Shown: positions 26,383 through 35,204, numbered from the stretch's first letter. The stretch is DNA of 53,814 nucleotides from Oscillospiraceae bacterium (GCA_031550755.1 JAVBOJ010000010.1:1-53814); one strand, 5' to 3'. Notes: generated by a model from the letters alone, not told the origin. Numbers and translations: made by a program.

Positions 26383-27117
26383 ATGACCTTCCTGTCCGAA
26401 CACGCGCGGGCATTTCTCACCGCCAAGCCGTTTGCCCACCGGGGTCTGCATGACGGCACCGGCCTGTGTCCCGAAAACAGCCTGATCGCGGCGGCGCGTG
26501 CCGTCGAGGCGGGCTTTCCCATCGAGCTGGACGTGCGCCTGTCGCGCGACGGCGAGGTCGTGGTGTTTCATGACGCAACGCTTTTGCGCATGACCGGGGC
26601 GGACGGCGCGGTGGCCGACAAAACGTGGGCGGATCTGTCCGCCCTGCGGCTGTTGGGCGGCAGCCACGGCATCCCCCGGCTGGCGGATGTTTTGTCGCTG
26701 GTGGCCGGCCGGGTGCCGCTGCTGGTGGAGGTCAAGCAGGACGGACGGCCCGGCGCACTGGAAAAGCAGACGGCCTCTCTGCTGCAAGGCTATCGCGGAG
26801 ACGTTGCGGTGCAGTCGTTCAACCCGCTGACGGTCGGTTTTTTTGCCCGACACGCGCCCGGCCTCCCGCGCGGTCAGCTGGCCGATCTCAACGGCGGCGG
26901 CGTGGTGGGACGCCTCCTCTCGCGGTATTTTCTCAACGGGTTCAGCTGCCCGCAGTTTGTAGCGGTGCGCGTCTCCGCCCTGCCCCATGACAAAACAGCC
27001 GCCTTGCGCACCAGGGGCTTGCCGGTTTTGGGCTGGACGGTGCGGTCGGAGGAAGCGCGCAAAGCCTGCGCGCCGTACACCGACAATATTATTTTTGAAG
27101 GGTTTGTGCCGACGTGA
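26383..27117 (+). CDS. Glycerophosphodiester phosphodiesterase family protein
   Basis: It contains FAHRGL...ENSLIAAARAVEAGFPIELDVRLSRDGEVVVFHD (GDPD motifs). Confidence 0.8.
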   Translation: MTFLSEHARAFLTAKPFAHRGLHDGTGLCPENSLIAAARAVEAGFPIELDVRLSRDGEVVVFHDATLLRMTGADGAVADKTWADLSALRLLGGSHGIPRLADVLSLVAGRVPLLVEVKQDGRPGALEKQTASLLQGYRGDVAVQSFNPLTVGFFARHAPGLPRGQLADLNGGGVVGRLLSRYFLNGFSCPQFVAVRVSALPHDKTAALRTRGLPVLGWTVRSEEARKACAPYTDNIIFEGFVPT

Positions 27118-27902
27118 CAACGCCCGGGACGTTTTTTCATACCGCGAGCGACGGCGCGCGTCTGCATATCACGCTGTGGACGCCGGAGGACGCCCCGCGC
27201 GGCGTTGTTGTGCTGGTGCACGGCTACGGCGAGCACGCCGGGCGGTATGCCGGCGCGGCGGAATTTTTCGCGGGCAAGGGGCTGGCGGTGCTGATCCCGG
27301 ATCAGCGCGGATACGGAAAAACGCCGGGCAAGCCCGGCGTGGTGCGCGGCGGATATCGGCGGCTGCTGGCGGATGTCTCCGAGCTGTGCGCGTTGGCGCG
27401 CAAACGTTTCCCAAATGTGCCGCTGTTATTGTACGGCCATTCCATGGGCGGCAACATCGCGCTACGCTTCGCCCGAGCCCATGCCGGGGCGCTGGCCGCC
27501 GTGACGGCGTCCGCGCCGTGGCTGCGATTGTACCGCGAAAAGCCGCGCCCGCTGGTGTGGCTGTCGCGCGCGGTGGGGACGGTGTTCCCCGGCTTCACCT
27601 TCCGCACGCCGGTTCAGGGGAGCGCCCCGAAACGGTACAAAGCCATGAGCGGCCGGGTGGCCGGCGAGGTGGTCGCCCAAGGGCGGAAGCTGCTGCGGGA
27701 CAAAGAAGTCTTTCCGATTCCGGCGCTCGTGCTAATCGCCGGGGAGGACCGCGTGGTGCAAAACGCGGCCATTGAACAGTGGGCGACCCAAGCCGGCGCG
27801 GAGGTGCGGCGGTATCCCGGCTTTTCCCATGAGCTGCACGGCGCGGAGGACGCCGCGCGGGTATTCGCTGACGTCTGGGGCTTCTGGGAACGGTTTTGCT
27901 GA
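27114..27902 (+). CDS. Alpha/beta hydrolase (lysophospholipase/monoglyceride lipase-like)
   Basis: It contains HGYGEHAGRY and the nucleophile elbow GHSMGG. Its GTG start overlaps the upstream stop as GTGA. Confidence 0.8.
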   Translation: MTTPGTFFHTASDGARLHITLWTPEDAPRGVVVLVHGYGEHAGRYAGAAEFFAGKGLAVLIPDQRGYGKTPGKPGVVRGGYRRLLADVSELCALARKRFPNVPLLLYGHSMGGNIALRFARAHAGALAAVTASAPWLRLYREKPRPLVWLSRAVGTVFPGFTFRTPVQGSAPKRYKAMSGRVAGEVVAQGRKLLRDKEVFPIPALVLIAGEDRVVQNAAIEQWATQAGAEVRRYPGFSHELHGAEDAARVFADVWGFWERFC

Positions 27903-28123
27903 CGACAAAGATTGACAGACAGTCCGCGATTCGGTATACAGACAAAAAGAAGTAACCGCCCCCCGGCCAAGGCAGGCGGTTGCTCTTTTTAGATAACCTT
28001 CACCTGAGCGCACCGTTCCAAACGGACTGCCCTCACCGTGAGTATACCACTTTTCGCGGGAAAGTCAGCCCCCGGGGAGTGGATTTTTCTATATTTGAGC
28101 ATGGAGGAAAGGACGGGCATCTC

Positions 28124-28891
28124 TTGGATCAACCTGTATTTATGGCGCTGCTGGGCGGACTGTACACCTGGGGCATGACCGCGCTGGGCGGCGCGGCGGT
28201 ATTTTTCTTCAAAAACATCAACCAAAAGCTGCTCAGCATCATGCTGGGCTTTGCCGCCGGCGTGATGATCGCGGCGTCCTTTTGGTCGCTTTTGCTGCCG
28301 GCACTGGAAATGGGCATGGCGCCACTTTGGATCCTGCTGGGATTTTTGAGCGGCGGGGCGTTTTTGTACGCCGCCGACCATATTTTGCCGCATCTGCACA
28401 ATCTGCCGGGCGCGGAGCCGGAGGGCATCAAATCGGGCTGGCGGCGCAGTGTGCTGCTGATTATGGCCATTACCCTGCACAACATCCCGGAGGGACTGGC
28501 CTTCGGCGTGGCGTTCGGCTCCATGGCCGCCCATCCCGACGCCCAAACCACCGCCATGGCGCTGACCATCGGCATCGGCATCCAGAACTTCCCCGAGGGG
28601 GCGGCGGTGTCCATCCCCTTGCGCCGGGAGGGCATGTCGCGCTCGCGCAGCTTTTTCTACTCCCAACTGTCCGGTCTGGTAGAGCCCATCGCCGCCGTCA
28701 TCGGCGCGCTGTTGGCCGTCACCATGACCTCTATTTTGCCGTTTATGCTGGCGTTTGCCGCCGGCGCGATGATTTTTGTGGTGGTGGAGGAGCTCATCCC
28801 CGAGGCGCAGAGCGAACAGGGCGGCCACGGCGGCACCATCGGCGCCATGCTCGGCTTCGGGCTGATGATGCTGCTGGATACGCTGTTTTAG
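28124..28891 (+). CDS. ZIP family metal transporter (ZupT-like); start uncertain (TTG 28124 or ATG 28142)
   Basis: It contains HNIPEGLAFGVAF and IGIQNFPEGAAVS and has 8 TM segments. Confidence 0.8.
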   Translation: MDQPVFMALLGGLYTWGMTALGGAAVFFFKNINQKLLSIMLGFAAGVMIAASFWSLLLPALEMGMAPLWILLGFLSGGAFLYAADHILPHLHNLPGAEPEGIKSGWRRSVLLIMAITLHNIPEGLAFGVAFGSMAAHPDAQTTAMALTIGIGIQNFPEGAAVSIPLRREGMSRSRSFFYSQLSGLVEPIAAVIGALLAVTMTSILPFMLAFAAGAMIFVVVEELIPEAQSEQGGHGGTIGAMLGFGLMMLLDTLF

Positions 28892-29032
28892 ATGCCGACA
28901 AACCGGGCGAACACGGTTCGCCCCTGCGCGACGCCGTGTCGTCGAGCGCTTCTTTTTTTGATAAAACCCGTGCAATTTTTCATTTTTGTGGTACAATAGA
29001 GGACACCATCTCACAGAGGAAGGGGCAGGCGC

Positions 29033-29791
29033 ATGAAAAAAATCTATGTGCCCATGATCCGGTTTGGCGACCGGGAGTTCGACGAGGGATACATCGGCTG
29101 GGGCTTCAACAGCTATGAGGATCAAATGCGCGACGCGCAAGCGGTTCTGACGCTGGTCGGCCGCCGCAACATAAAGATCCTCGACCTGGCCTGCGGACTG
29201 GGCATCTACCACAAGCTGTGGCTGGAAAACGGCCATACGGTGGTGGGCTCGGATCTGTCCGAGACCTTTATTTTCATGGCAAACAACACAAACGGCTCCT
29301 ACCCCAACGCATCGTACCGGGTAGAAAACTATTACGACCTGTCCGATCAGGACGAATATGACCTCGTCACCCTGATGGACACGCCGATTGAGGACGCCGA
29401 GCTGCCCACGCGGGTGTTCCGCGCGCTGAAGCCCGGCGGAGAGTTTTTGTTCCAGATCGCCAACCCCGCCTATCCGCATCCGCGCGGGCAGGTGGGGGTC
29501 AACCGCCGGGACTGGAAAGAGATGGAGGATCATTCCCTGCTGCTCACCCGGCATGAGTACAATGCCGACATCGACCGGTGGGAATATGAGGAATGGCATG
29601 TGGACATCGAGCGGGCGGAGATCGTCGTGGAGCACAGCTTTTCGCATATTTTGACCTTTGCCCAGACGGTGGACGTCCTCCGGCAGGCCGGGTTTTCCCG
29701 CATCGGGTTCTACGGCCCGGACGGCGCGCCCTATGCCGAGGGCAACACCGAGCATCGGAATTATTTCGCGCTGGCGTATAAGTCACAGTAG
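29033..29791 (+). CDS. Class I SAM-dependent methyltransferase
   Basis: It has motif I, ILDLACGLGIY...GSDLS. Confidence 0.75.
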   Translation: MKKIYVPMIRFGDREFDEGYIGWGFNSYEDQMRDAQAVLTLVGRRNIKILDLACGLGIYHKLWLENGHTVVGSDLSETFIFMANNTNGSYPNASYRVENYYDLSDQDEYDLVTLMDTPIEDAELPTRVFRALKPGGEFLFQIANPAYPHPRGQVGVNRRDWKEMEDHSLLLTRHEYNADIDRWEYEEWHVDIERAEIVVEHSFSHILTFAQTVDVLRQAGFSRIGFYGPDGAPYAEGNTEHRNYFALAYKSQ

Positions 29792-29801
29792 GGGCAACCA
29801 T

Positions 29802-29835
29802 CCCTATCTGTTATCTGTTATCCGTCATCTGCTCC
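29802..29835. repeat. CCCTAT box plus heptads CTGTTAT CTGTTAT CCGTCAT CTGCTCC
   Basis: Read directly from the sequence. It encodes the last residues (QMTDNR) and the TAA stop of the minus-strand regulator gene. Confidence 0.85.
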
Positions 29836-30971
29836 CCGCCTTCCTCCCCCATCAGGCGATACAGGGTGGACAGCCCGATGCCCAACTCGCGGGCGGCTTT
29901 CCGTTTGCCCTCCAAGGTGTTGCCGTGGACGGCGAGCGCCGCCTCGATCCTCTCCTTGATAAACCCGCGCCGCAAACGGCGCAGCGGGCCCGGGGTGGAC
30001 GCCGCCGAAAGCGGCAGGTGCGCGGCCTTGATTTTGCCGCCGGGGCAGGTAATCGCCGCCTCGATGACGGCCTCCTCCAGCTGCCGGAGGTTGCCCGGCC
30101 ATCCGTAGGTCGTCATGGCGCGGCGGGCCTCCTCTTCAAAGCCGGTGACCGGCTGCTCTCCCATGGAAAAGACCCGTTGGAGGAAATAATCGGCGGCCGG
30201 CGGAACGTCCTCCGGGCGAGCGCGCAGCGGCGCGAGCTCCACGCAGCTTCCGGCCAAAATTTCCAGCCCCAGCAAGGCGTCGGCGCAGTTTTGCGGGAGT
30301 CCCGCCATAAACCGCACGGCGCTTTTGAATACCAGCGGATACAGGGTCTCGATCTGCGTGGGCGTCAGCGCTTCGGCGTCGGGCAGGTAGACCGTACCGC
30401 CCCGACCCTCTCCCAGCGCGGCGCACAGGGAGGCAAACCAATCGTCCCCCGTCTGTTCCACGGCGGAAAACGGCTTGTCATGACCTTGGCGCAAATGCAG
30501 ATTGAAGGCGAAATCCTCCTTGCCGACGCCCTCCTCGCCGAGGAAAAACACCGGACAGGACAGTCTCGCCAGCCGGCTCATGCGCCGCTCGGTTTCCTGC
30601 ATGACGGGGCTTTTGGTGGGAATTTCGTCGTATCGGCTGCCTTCTTTTTTGGCGTCCGGCTTGAATAAGCATAGAATCCCCACCGATTCGCGCCCGGCCT
30701 TGACCGGATAAAACTCGGCCAGCCCGGTGAGCATGGCACCGTTTTCCCCCGGCAGGCTGACACGCGCGGCCGATTCCTTTTGGGTTTTGAGGCAGGTCAA
30801 AAGCGCCGGCTCGTCGGTGAGATCCACATCGTACAGAGATGGCGTGAGCGCCTCTCCGCGGGAATTGACATACACCGCGTCCCCTTGCCGGTTCATCAGA
30901 GCCGCCGGATAGGGCAGCGCGTCGAGCACCCCGAATAAAAGATCCTGTTCCATCTGTTGATAGTCGCTCAT
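29811..30971 (-). CDS. PAS-like / degenerate sigma54-interaction AAA+ / Fis-HTH transcriptional regulator lacking the GAFTGA loop
   Basis: It retains GEEGVGKE (Walker A-like), WPGNLRQLEE and a C-terminal GKRKAARELGIGLSTLYRLM. Walker B reads GGTVYLPDA instead of GGTLFLDEI. About 18 residues are missing where ESELFGHEKGAFTGA would lie. Confidence 0.7.
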   Translation of the reverse strand: MSDYQQMEQDLLFGVLDALPYPAALMNRQGDAVYVNSRGEALTPSLYDVDLTDEPALLTCLKTQKESAARVSLPGENGAMLTGLAEFYPVKAGRESVGILCLFKPDAKKEGSRYDEIPTKSPVMQETERRMSRLARLSCPVFFLGEEGVGKEDFAFNLHLRQGHDKPFSAVEQTGDDWFASLCAALGEGRGGTVYLPDAEALTPTQIETLYPLVFKSAVRFMAGLPQNCADALLGLEILAGSCVELAPLRARPEDVPPAADYFLQRVFSMGEQPVTGFEEEARRAMTTYGWPGNLRQLEEAVIEAAITCPGGKIKAAHLPLSAASTPGPLRRLRRGFIKERIEAALAVHGNTLEGKRKAARELGIGLSTLYRLMGEEGGEQMTDNR

Positions 30972-31106
30972 AGCTTGCCTACCTCCGCAATACAGTCTCG
31001 AAAAGGCTGCGGCCTTTTCATCGAATTGAGCATAGGGAAACCCCCTGCGGCGCAGTGGTTGCGCCTGCGGGGCAAATCAATTTTGGACAACGGGGAGAGC
31101 TGAGAT

Positions 31107-31958
31107 ATGAAAAAACGTCTGTCCGCGCTGGGTTTTGGGTTCCTGTATCCCATTTCGTACGCCGTGCTGCAATTTCTGACCGCGTTTGTGGCCGTCTTCG
31201 CCTACACAGTCCTGCATATCAACAGCGTCACGCAGGAGGAGCTTACCGCCTTTACGGTGAATATCTCCCTGCCGATGGTGATGGTGTCGGCGGCTCTCCT
31301 GATTTTCGGGACGGCGGGGATCTACCGCCTGTGCAAGCGCTCTTTTTGGCGGGAAACCAGGCTGACGGTCAAGCCGCGCCTTGTCGGCAAGCTGCTCCTG
31401 GGCGGCATCGGGCTCAATGTCCTGACCATCGCGCTCATGCGGATCATCCCGCTGCCGGCGGCCGAAACGGCCAATTACGAAGGGCTCATGCAGACCTTGA
31501 TGGGCGGCGGCTTGCTGCTGGCCCTGCCGATCGTCTGGTTTGTCGCGCCGGTGGCCGAGGAGATCGTCTTTCGCGGGCTTTCGTACACGGCGCTGCGGCG
31601 GGGCTTGCCGGTCTGGCTGTCGGTGCTCCTGTCGGCAATGCTGTTCGGCGCGGTGCATTTTAATTGGATCCAGAGTACATACGCCACCCTGCTGGGCGTC
31701 GCGCTGGCGCTTTGCTTCCACTGGAGCGGTAGCCTGTGGGCGCCGATTCTCCTGCATGTATCGTACAACAGCTCGGGCAATCTGGTGGGCAATCTGCTGA
31801 TCGGCGCGGAAACCCCGCTGTTTTTGATCATCGTCTGGGGTGTTTTGGGCGCAGCCCTTGCGGTCTGGTGCCTGTTTGAGGTATACTGGGAGCGGTCTTG
31901 TGAAACGGGAGCCGTTTCACAAGAATTATATCATAAGGATGCTTCTCCGGCGGAATGA
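31107..31958 (+). CDS. CPBP family intramembrane glutamic endopeptidase (CAAX protease/Abi), copy 1
   Basis: It contains APVAEEIVFRG, FGAVHF and LLHVSYNS (CPBP motifs 1-3). Confidence 0.8.
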   Translation: MKKRLSALGFGFLYPISYAVLQFLTAFVAVFAYTVLHINSVTQEELTAFTVNISLPMVMVSAALLIFGTAGIYRLCKRSFWRETRLTVKPRLVGKLLLGGIGLNVLTIALMRIIPLPAAETANYEGLMQTLMGGGLLLALPIVWFVAPVAEEIVFRGLSYTALRRGLPVWLSVLLSAMLFGAVHFNWIQSTYATLLGVALALCFHWSGSLWAPILLHVSYNSSGNLVGNLLIGAETPLFLIIVWGVLGAALAVWCLFEVYWERSCETGAVSQELYHKDASPAE

Positions 31959-32016
31959 ATCCGACTGCGAAACAAAAAAGGCACGGAAGAAAATTTCACA
32001 AAAGGAGTGGTTCCTC

Positions 32017-32814
32017 TTGAAGAAATCGGTATGGAGTTTGACGCTGGCGCTGCTGTTCCCCTTTGCCTACATCGCGCTCCAATGGGTGTTTTCCACCTCT
32101 GTGAAGGCGGCGGGCTTGCCCGAAACCAACAACATGGGGCTCGCGGTGATTTTTCTGGCCGGCGCGCTGGTGCTGTTGGGCGCGACGCAGCTGCTGCGCA
32201 AAAGCAACCTGGGTCTGTCCCGGCCGACCCTGACCCTGCCCACGGCGGGGCACGCGGTACCGGCGCTGTTTTGCGTCTTGGGCGGCATCGGGCTGAATCT
32301 GCTGGCCCGCACCACGCTGCGCCCGATTTTCGGCGTGACCTTCGGCGACGCCCAGACCATGACCGGTTTTCCCACGAATGCCAGTCTGTTTGTGGTGCTG
32401 CTGGTGTTCTGCGTCTGCATCCCGCTGATTGAGGAGCTTCTGTTCCGCGGCCTGTCCTACAAGGCGCTGCGTAACGAACTGCCGGTCTGGGTTTCGGTGG
32501 GCGGCAGCGCGCTGTTCTTCGGCGCGGCGCATATGGGACTGGGGCAGGGCGCGTACGCCGCGGTGCTCGGCGTCGTGCTGGCGTTGAGTTATGAATGGAC
32601 GGGCTATCTCTGGGCGCCCGTGATCCTGCATATTTCCTACAAAAGCGTGGGCAACCTGGTGTCCGACCTGCTCGTCGGCAAGGACACCCCGGTGATCCTG
32701 CTGGTGGTCTTCGGCCTTGTGGGCGCGGCGCTGGCCGGCTGGTGCCTGCTGCGACTATACTGGACGAAAGAAGAGGCCCGTCTACATGAGAAGCTCAATC
32801 GCAAGCAGGGTTAA
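32017..32814 (+). CDS. CPBP family intramembrane endopeptidase, copy 2
   Basis: It contains IPLIEELLFRG, FGAAHM and ILHISYKS. The TTG start lies 9 nt after AAGGAG. Confidence 0.7.
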   Translation: MKKSVWSLTLALLFPFAYIALQWVFSTSVKAAGLPETNNMGLAVIFLAGALVLLGATQLLRKSNLGLSRPTLTLPTAGHAVPALFCVLGGIGLNLLARTTLRPIFGVTFGDAQTMTGFPTNASLFVVLLVFCVCIPLIEELLFRGLSYKALRNELPVWVSVGGSALFFGAAHMGLGQGAYAAVLGVVLALSYEWTGYLWAPVILHISYKSVGNLVSDLLVGKDTPVILLVVFGLVGAALAGWCLLRLYWTKEEARLHEKLNRKQG

Positions 32815-33694
32815 AATCCTGCTTCTGGCGGCGGTCGCCCCGGCGCTCTACCATCTGCTGCAACGACTTGCGGGTGAGCTGATGGGGGCTGTCGGCGGGC
32901 GGTTTTTCTGGGCGCAGTATGCCGGTTCGGAGGCCGACGAGGCCGTGAGCGCGGCGTGGCGAGAATTTATCTATCCATGGATCAACGCCGTTGACATTGT
33001 GACGGCGGTGGTATTTTTGCTGATTTTGTGGGGCGGACTGCGGTTTTTCCACCGTCCAACGGCGGCGACGCTTGGTCTGCGCCGGATCAATGTACATGAT
33101 TTCGTCCCGGTGGCGCTGCTGGGGATTTTGTGCAACACCCTCACGGGATTTTTGGTCGCCGTGGCCAATTTTTCCGAGGAGGCCGTCGCCCAGCACGAAC
33201 AGGTCATGGAGGTCATCGGCAGCGGCCCGCCTCTGCTGGCGGCGCTGATGAGCTGTGTCCTCGCGCCGATTGCCGAGGAGGTCATGGCACGCGGCTTTTG
33301 TTACCGCATTTTGCGCCGGGGCTTCCCGATGATCGTTTCGGCGGTGCTGTCCGGGCTGGTGTTCGGGCTGGCGCACGGCAATCCGGTACAGATTTTTTAC
33401 GCCACGCTGATGGGCGTTTTATTCGGCTATTTGTATGAAAAAACGGCCAATTTGTGGGTGCCCATTTTGCTGCACATGGCCTACAATTCGTCCAATTACC
33501 TGCTGTCGGCGATGTCCGACGCCGGCATCCACTTCTGGCAGTACGCCTGGCAGCCGCCGGTGGTGCTGGGCGCAGTGATCTTTTGTATGCGGCGGGTGAT
33601 CCGGCTGCACGAGAACGAAACCGACGCGCGGGACGCGCTGTTCCCGCCGAGGGGCGTGTTTGTCGCGGACGATGCCGGCAACGGGGAATTGTAA
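32786..33694 (+). CDS. CPBP family intramembrane endopeptidase, copy 3
   Basis: It contains APIAEEVMARG, FGLAHG and LLHMAYNS. It overlaps the end of copy 2 by 29 nt. Confidence 0.75.
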   Translation: MRSSIASRVKILLLAAVAPALYHLLQRLAGELMGAVGGRFFWAQYAGSEADEAVSAAWREFIYPWINAVDIVTAVVFLLILWGGLRFFHRPTAATLGLRRINVHDFVPVALLGILCNTLTGFLVAVANFSEEAVAQHEQVMEVIGSGPPLLAALMSCVLAPIAEEVMARGFCYRILRRGFPMIVSAVLSGLVFGLAHGNPVQIFYATLMGVLFGYLYEKTANLWVPILLHMAYNSSNYLLSAMSDAGIHFWQYAWQPPVVLGAVIFCMRRVIRLHENETDARDALFPPRGVFVADDAGNGEL

Positions 33695-33702
33695 TTTGGA
33701 GG

Positions 33703-33732
33703 CGGGCGGGGGATCCCCGCCCGGCTTTTTTT
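33703..33732 (+). terminator. Intrinsic terminator after CPBP copy 3
   Basis: GGGCGGGGG-at-CCCCGCCC is followed by TTTTTTT. Confidence 0.8.
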
Positions 33733-33780
33733 GCGGGGGAATATGTAGGGGGCGCATCCAAGTCCCCAGCCCCAGTCGAC

Positions 33781-33871
33781 GGGCGACCGGGGACGGTCGC
33801 CCCTACAACGACGGGGCAGAACCCCCGCGTCCCTATCTGTTATCTATTATCTGTTCTCTGTTATCTAACTT
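33781..33871. repeat. Composite intergenic element: GGGCGACCGGGGACGGTCGCCCCTAC hairpin, GGGG-cagaa-CCCC hairpin, CGCGTCCCTAT box and five heptads
   Basis: Read directly from the sequence. The architecture is paralogous to 45722-45840. Confidence 0.85.
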
Positions 33872-34539
33872 CACCATCCGCTCTGCGCCATCGAGACAAA
33901 ATCCTCCTCGGCGACGATGATATGATCGGCCAGAAACACCCCGACCGATTCCAGCGCCTCCTTGAGCCGCAGGGTGGTGACGCGGTCGTCATGAGAAGGC
34001 AGCGCCACCCCGGAGAGGTGGTTGTGCGCCAAAATAACGCTGGACGCGTTGCACGCCAAGGCCAGTTCCACCACGCGCCGCGTGTGGATCTGGGCGGCGT
34101 TGACAATGCCCTCAAACAACTTTTTGCAAACCAGCAGCTTGCATTTTGCGTCGAGACACAGCACATAGACCTGCTCGGTCTTGAGCCCGAAAAAGCGCGG
34201 CAGGAGATACGCCCCGGCCTTTTCAATGGTGTCGAGGCAGTCGTCGCCCGCGGTGCGTGACATCTGATAGCGCCGCCAAAACGGCGGCAGGAGCTTGATC
34301 AGCACGGCGGCGTTTTGCCCCACGCCGGACACCTTGCAGAGCTCCTCCAGCGGCGCGTCCAGCACGCCGGCCAGCGACCCGAATTCCGTTAGCAGCGCGT
34401 GGGCGATGGGGTTGGTGTCCTTTTGCGGCAGCGCGTAAAAAAGCAGCAGCTCGAGGATATTGTGCTCCGGGAAATTGTCCAGTCCCTCGGCGAGAAACCT
34501 CTCCCGCAAGCGTTCCCGGTGTCCCTTGTGCGGATTCAC
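33871..34539 (-). CDS. radC: RadC family protein (JAB/MPN domain)
   Basis: It contains HKGHRERLRERF, a HhH region and ILAHNHLSG (the JAMM motif). The GTG start overlaps the pyrE stop as GTGA. Confidence 0.85.
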   Translation of the reverse strand: MNPHKGHRERLRERFLAEGLDNFPEHNILELLLFYALPQKDTNPIAHALLTEFGSLAGVLDAPLEELCKVSGVGQNAAVLIKLLPPFWRRYQMSRTAGDDCLDTIEKAGAYLLPRFFGLKTEQVYVLCLDAKCKLLVCKKLFEGIVNAAQIHTRRVVELALACNASSVILAHNHLSGVALPSHDDRVTTLRLKEALESVGVFLADHIIVAEEDFVSMAQSGW

Positions 34540-35108
34540 TGGCGGCTGCCCGGCTTGACAATGGGAAGACCCCGGGCGCACAGCGGGCAGTCTTTTTCCT
34601 CCCAGGAGGGCAGATCGATTTGCACACAGGCGCGCAGCGGTACGCCGAAATCGGCCTTGCCGCCGCTGCGGTCCACAATGGAGCCGACGCCGATAACCTG
34701 CCCGCCGGCAGCCTGCGCCAGCGACACGACCTCACGGACGGTGCCGCCGGTGGTGATGGTATCCTCCACGACCAGCACGCGCTCGCCGGGATCGATATAA
34801 AACCCGCGCCGCAGGGTCAGCGCGCCGTCCACGCGCTCGGCGAAAATATTGCGGCAGCCCAGATGCCGGCTGACCTCAAACGCCATCTGCACAGCGCCGA
34901 CCGCCGGCCCGATGACCACGTCAATTTTTTCGCCGGCAAACAGCCCGGCCAGCATGGCGCAAAGCTTTTCGGCCTCCAGCGCCCATTGGAATAGCCGGGC
35001 GCACTGCATATAGCGGTCGGAATGACGGCCGGAGGTCAGGCGGAAGTGACCCTCCTGCAAGACGCCGGTTTTTTGTAAAATATCGGTAATTTCTCGCTCG
35101 GACAACAT
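34536..35108 (-). CDS. pyrE: Orotate phosphoribosyltransferase
   Basis: It contains GHFRLTSGRHSDRY and the PRPP-binding VLVVEDTITTGGT. Confidence 0.9.
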   Translation of the reverse strand: MLSEREITDILQKTGVLQEGHFRLTSGRHSDRYMQCARLFQWALEAEKLCAMLAGLFAGEKIDVVIGPAVGAVQMAFEVSRHLGCRNIFAERVDGALTLRRGFYIDPGERVLVVEDTITTGGTVREVVSLAQAAGGQVIGVGSIVDRSGGKADFGVPLRACVQIDLPSWEEKDCPLCARGLPIVKPGSRQ

Positions 35109-35204
35109 GGCGTGAAGCCCCTCTCTCTTCTAAGTGCTATAATTTTACAACAATTTCTCATTTTTGGCAAGTGCCCAAGCGGCAAATCTCCGCCGTCCGC
35201 CCAC

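Noticed and set aside
27990-28123. A possible metal riboswitch (a GGGGAGTGG resemblance to the yybP-ykoY Mn element) upstream of the ZIP transporter.
   Set aside because: Only one short partial match is present. I could not find the second conserved half or the four-way junction by eye. An Rfam scan would be needed, so it is not reported as a feature.
30972-31106. A sigma54 (-24/-12) promoter in front of the CPBP operon, expected for a bEBP-type regulator.
   Set aside because: No TGGCAC-N5-TTGC element is present. The closest match (TGGTTGCGCCTGC) has the wrong GG-GC spacing. This is consistent with the regulator lacking GAFTGA.
33837-33871. The heptad arrays as possible CRISPR arrays.
   Set aside because: The units are 7 nt and directly tandem with no spacers. 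No cas genes or leader are present. They are microsatellite-like arrays, not CRISPR.
35109-35160. A PyrR-binding attenuator upstream of pyrE (an AGAGAGGGGCT resemblance).
   Set aside because: The match overlaps the RBS directly before the ATG. No terminator/antiterminator pair is present, so it is most likely just the Shine-Dalgarno region.
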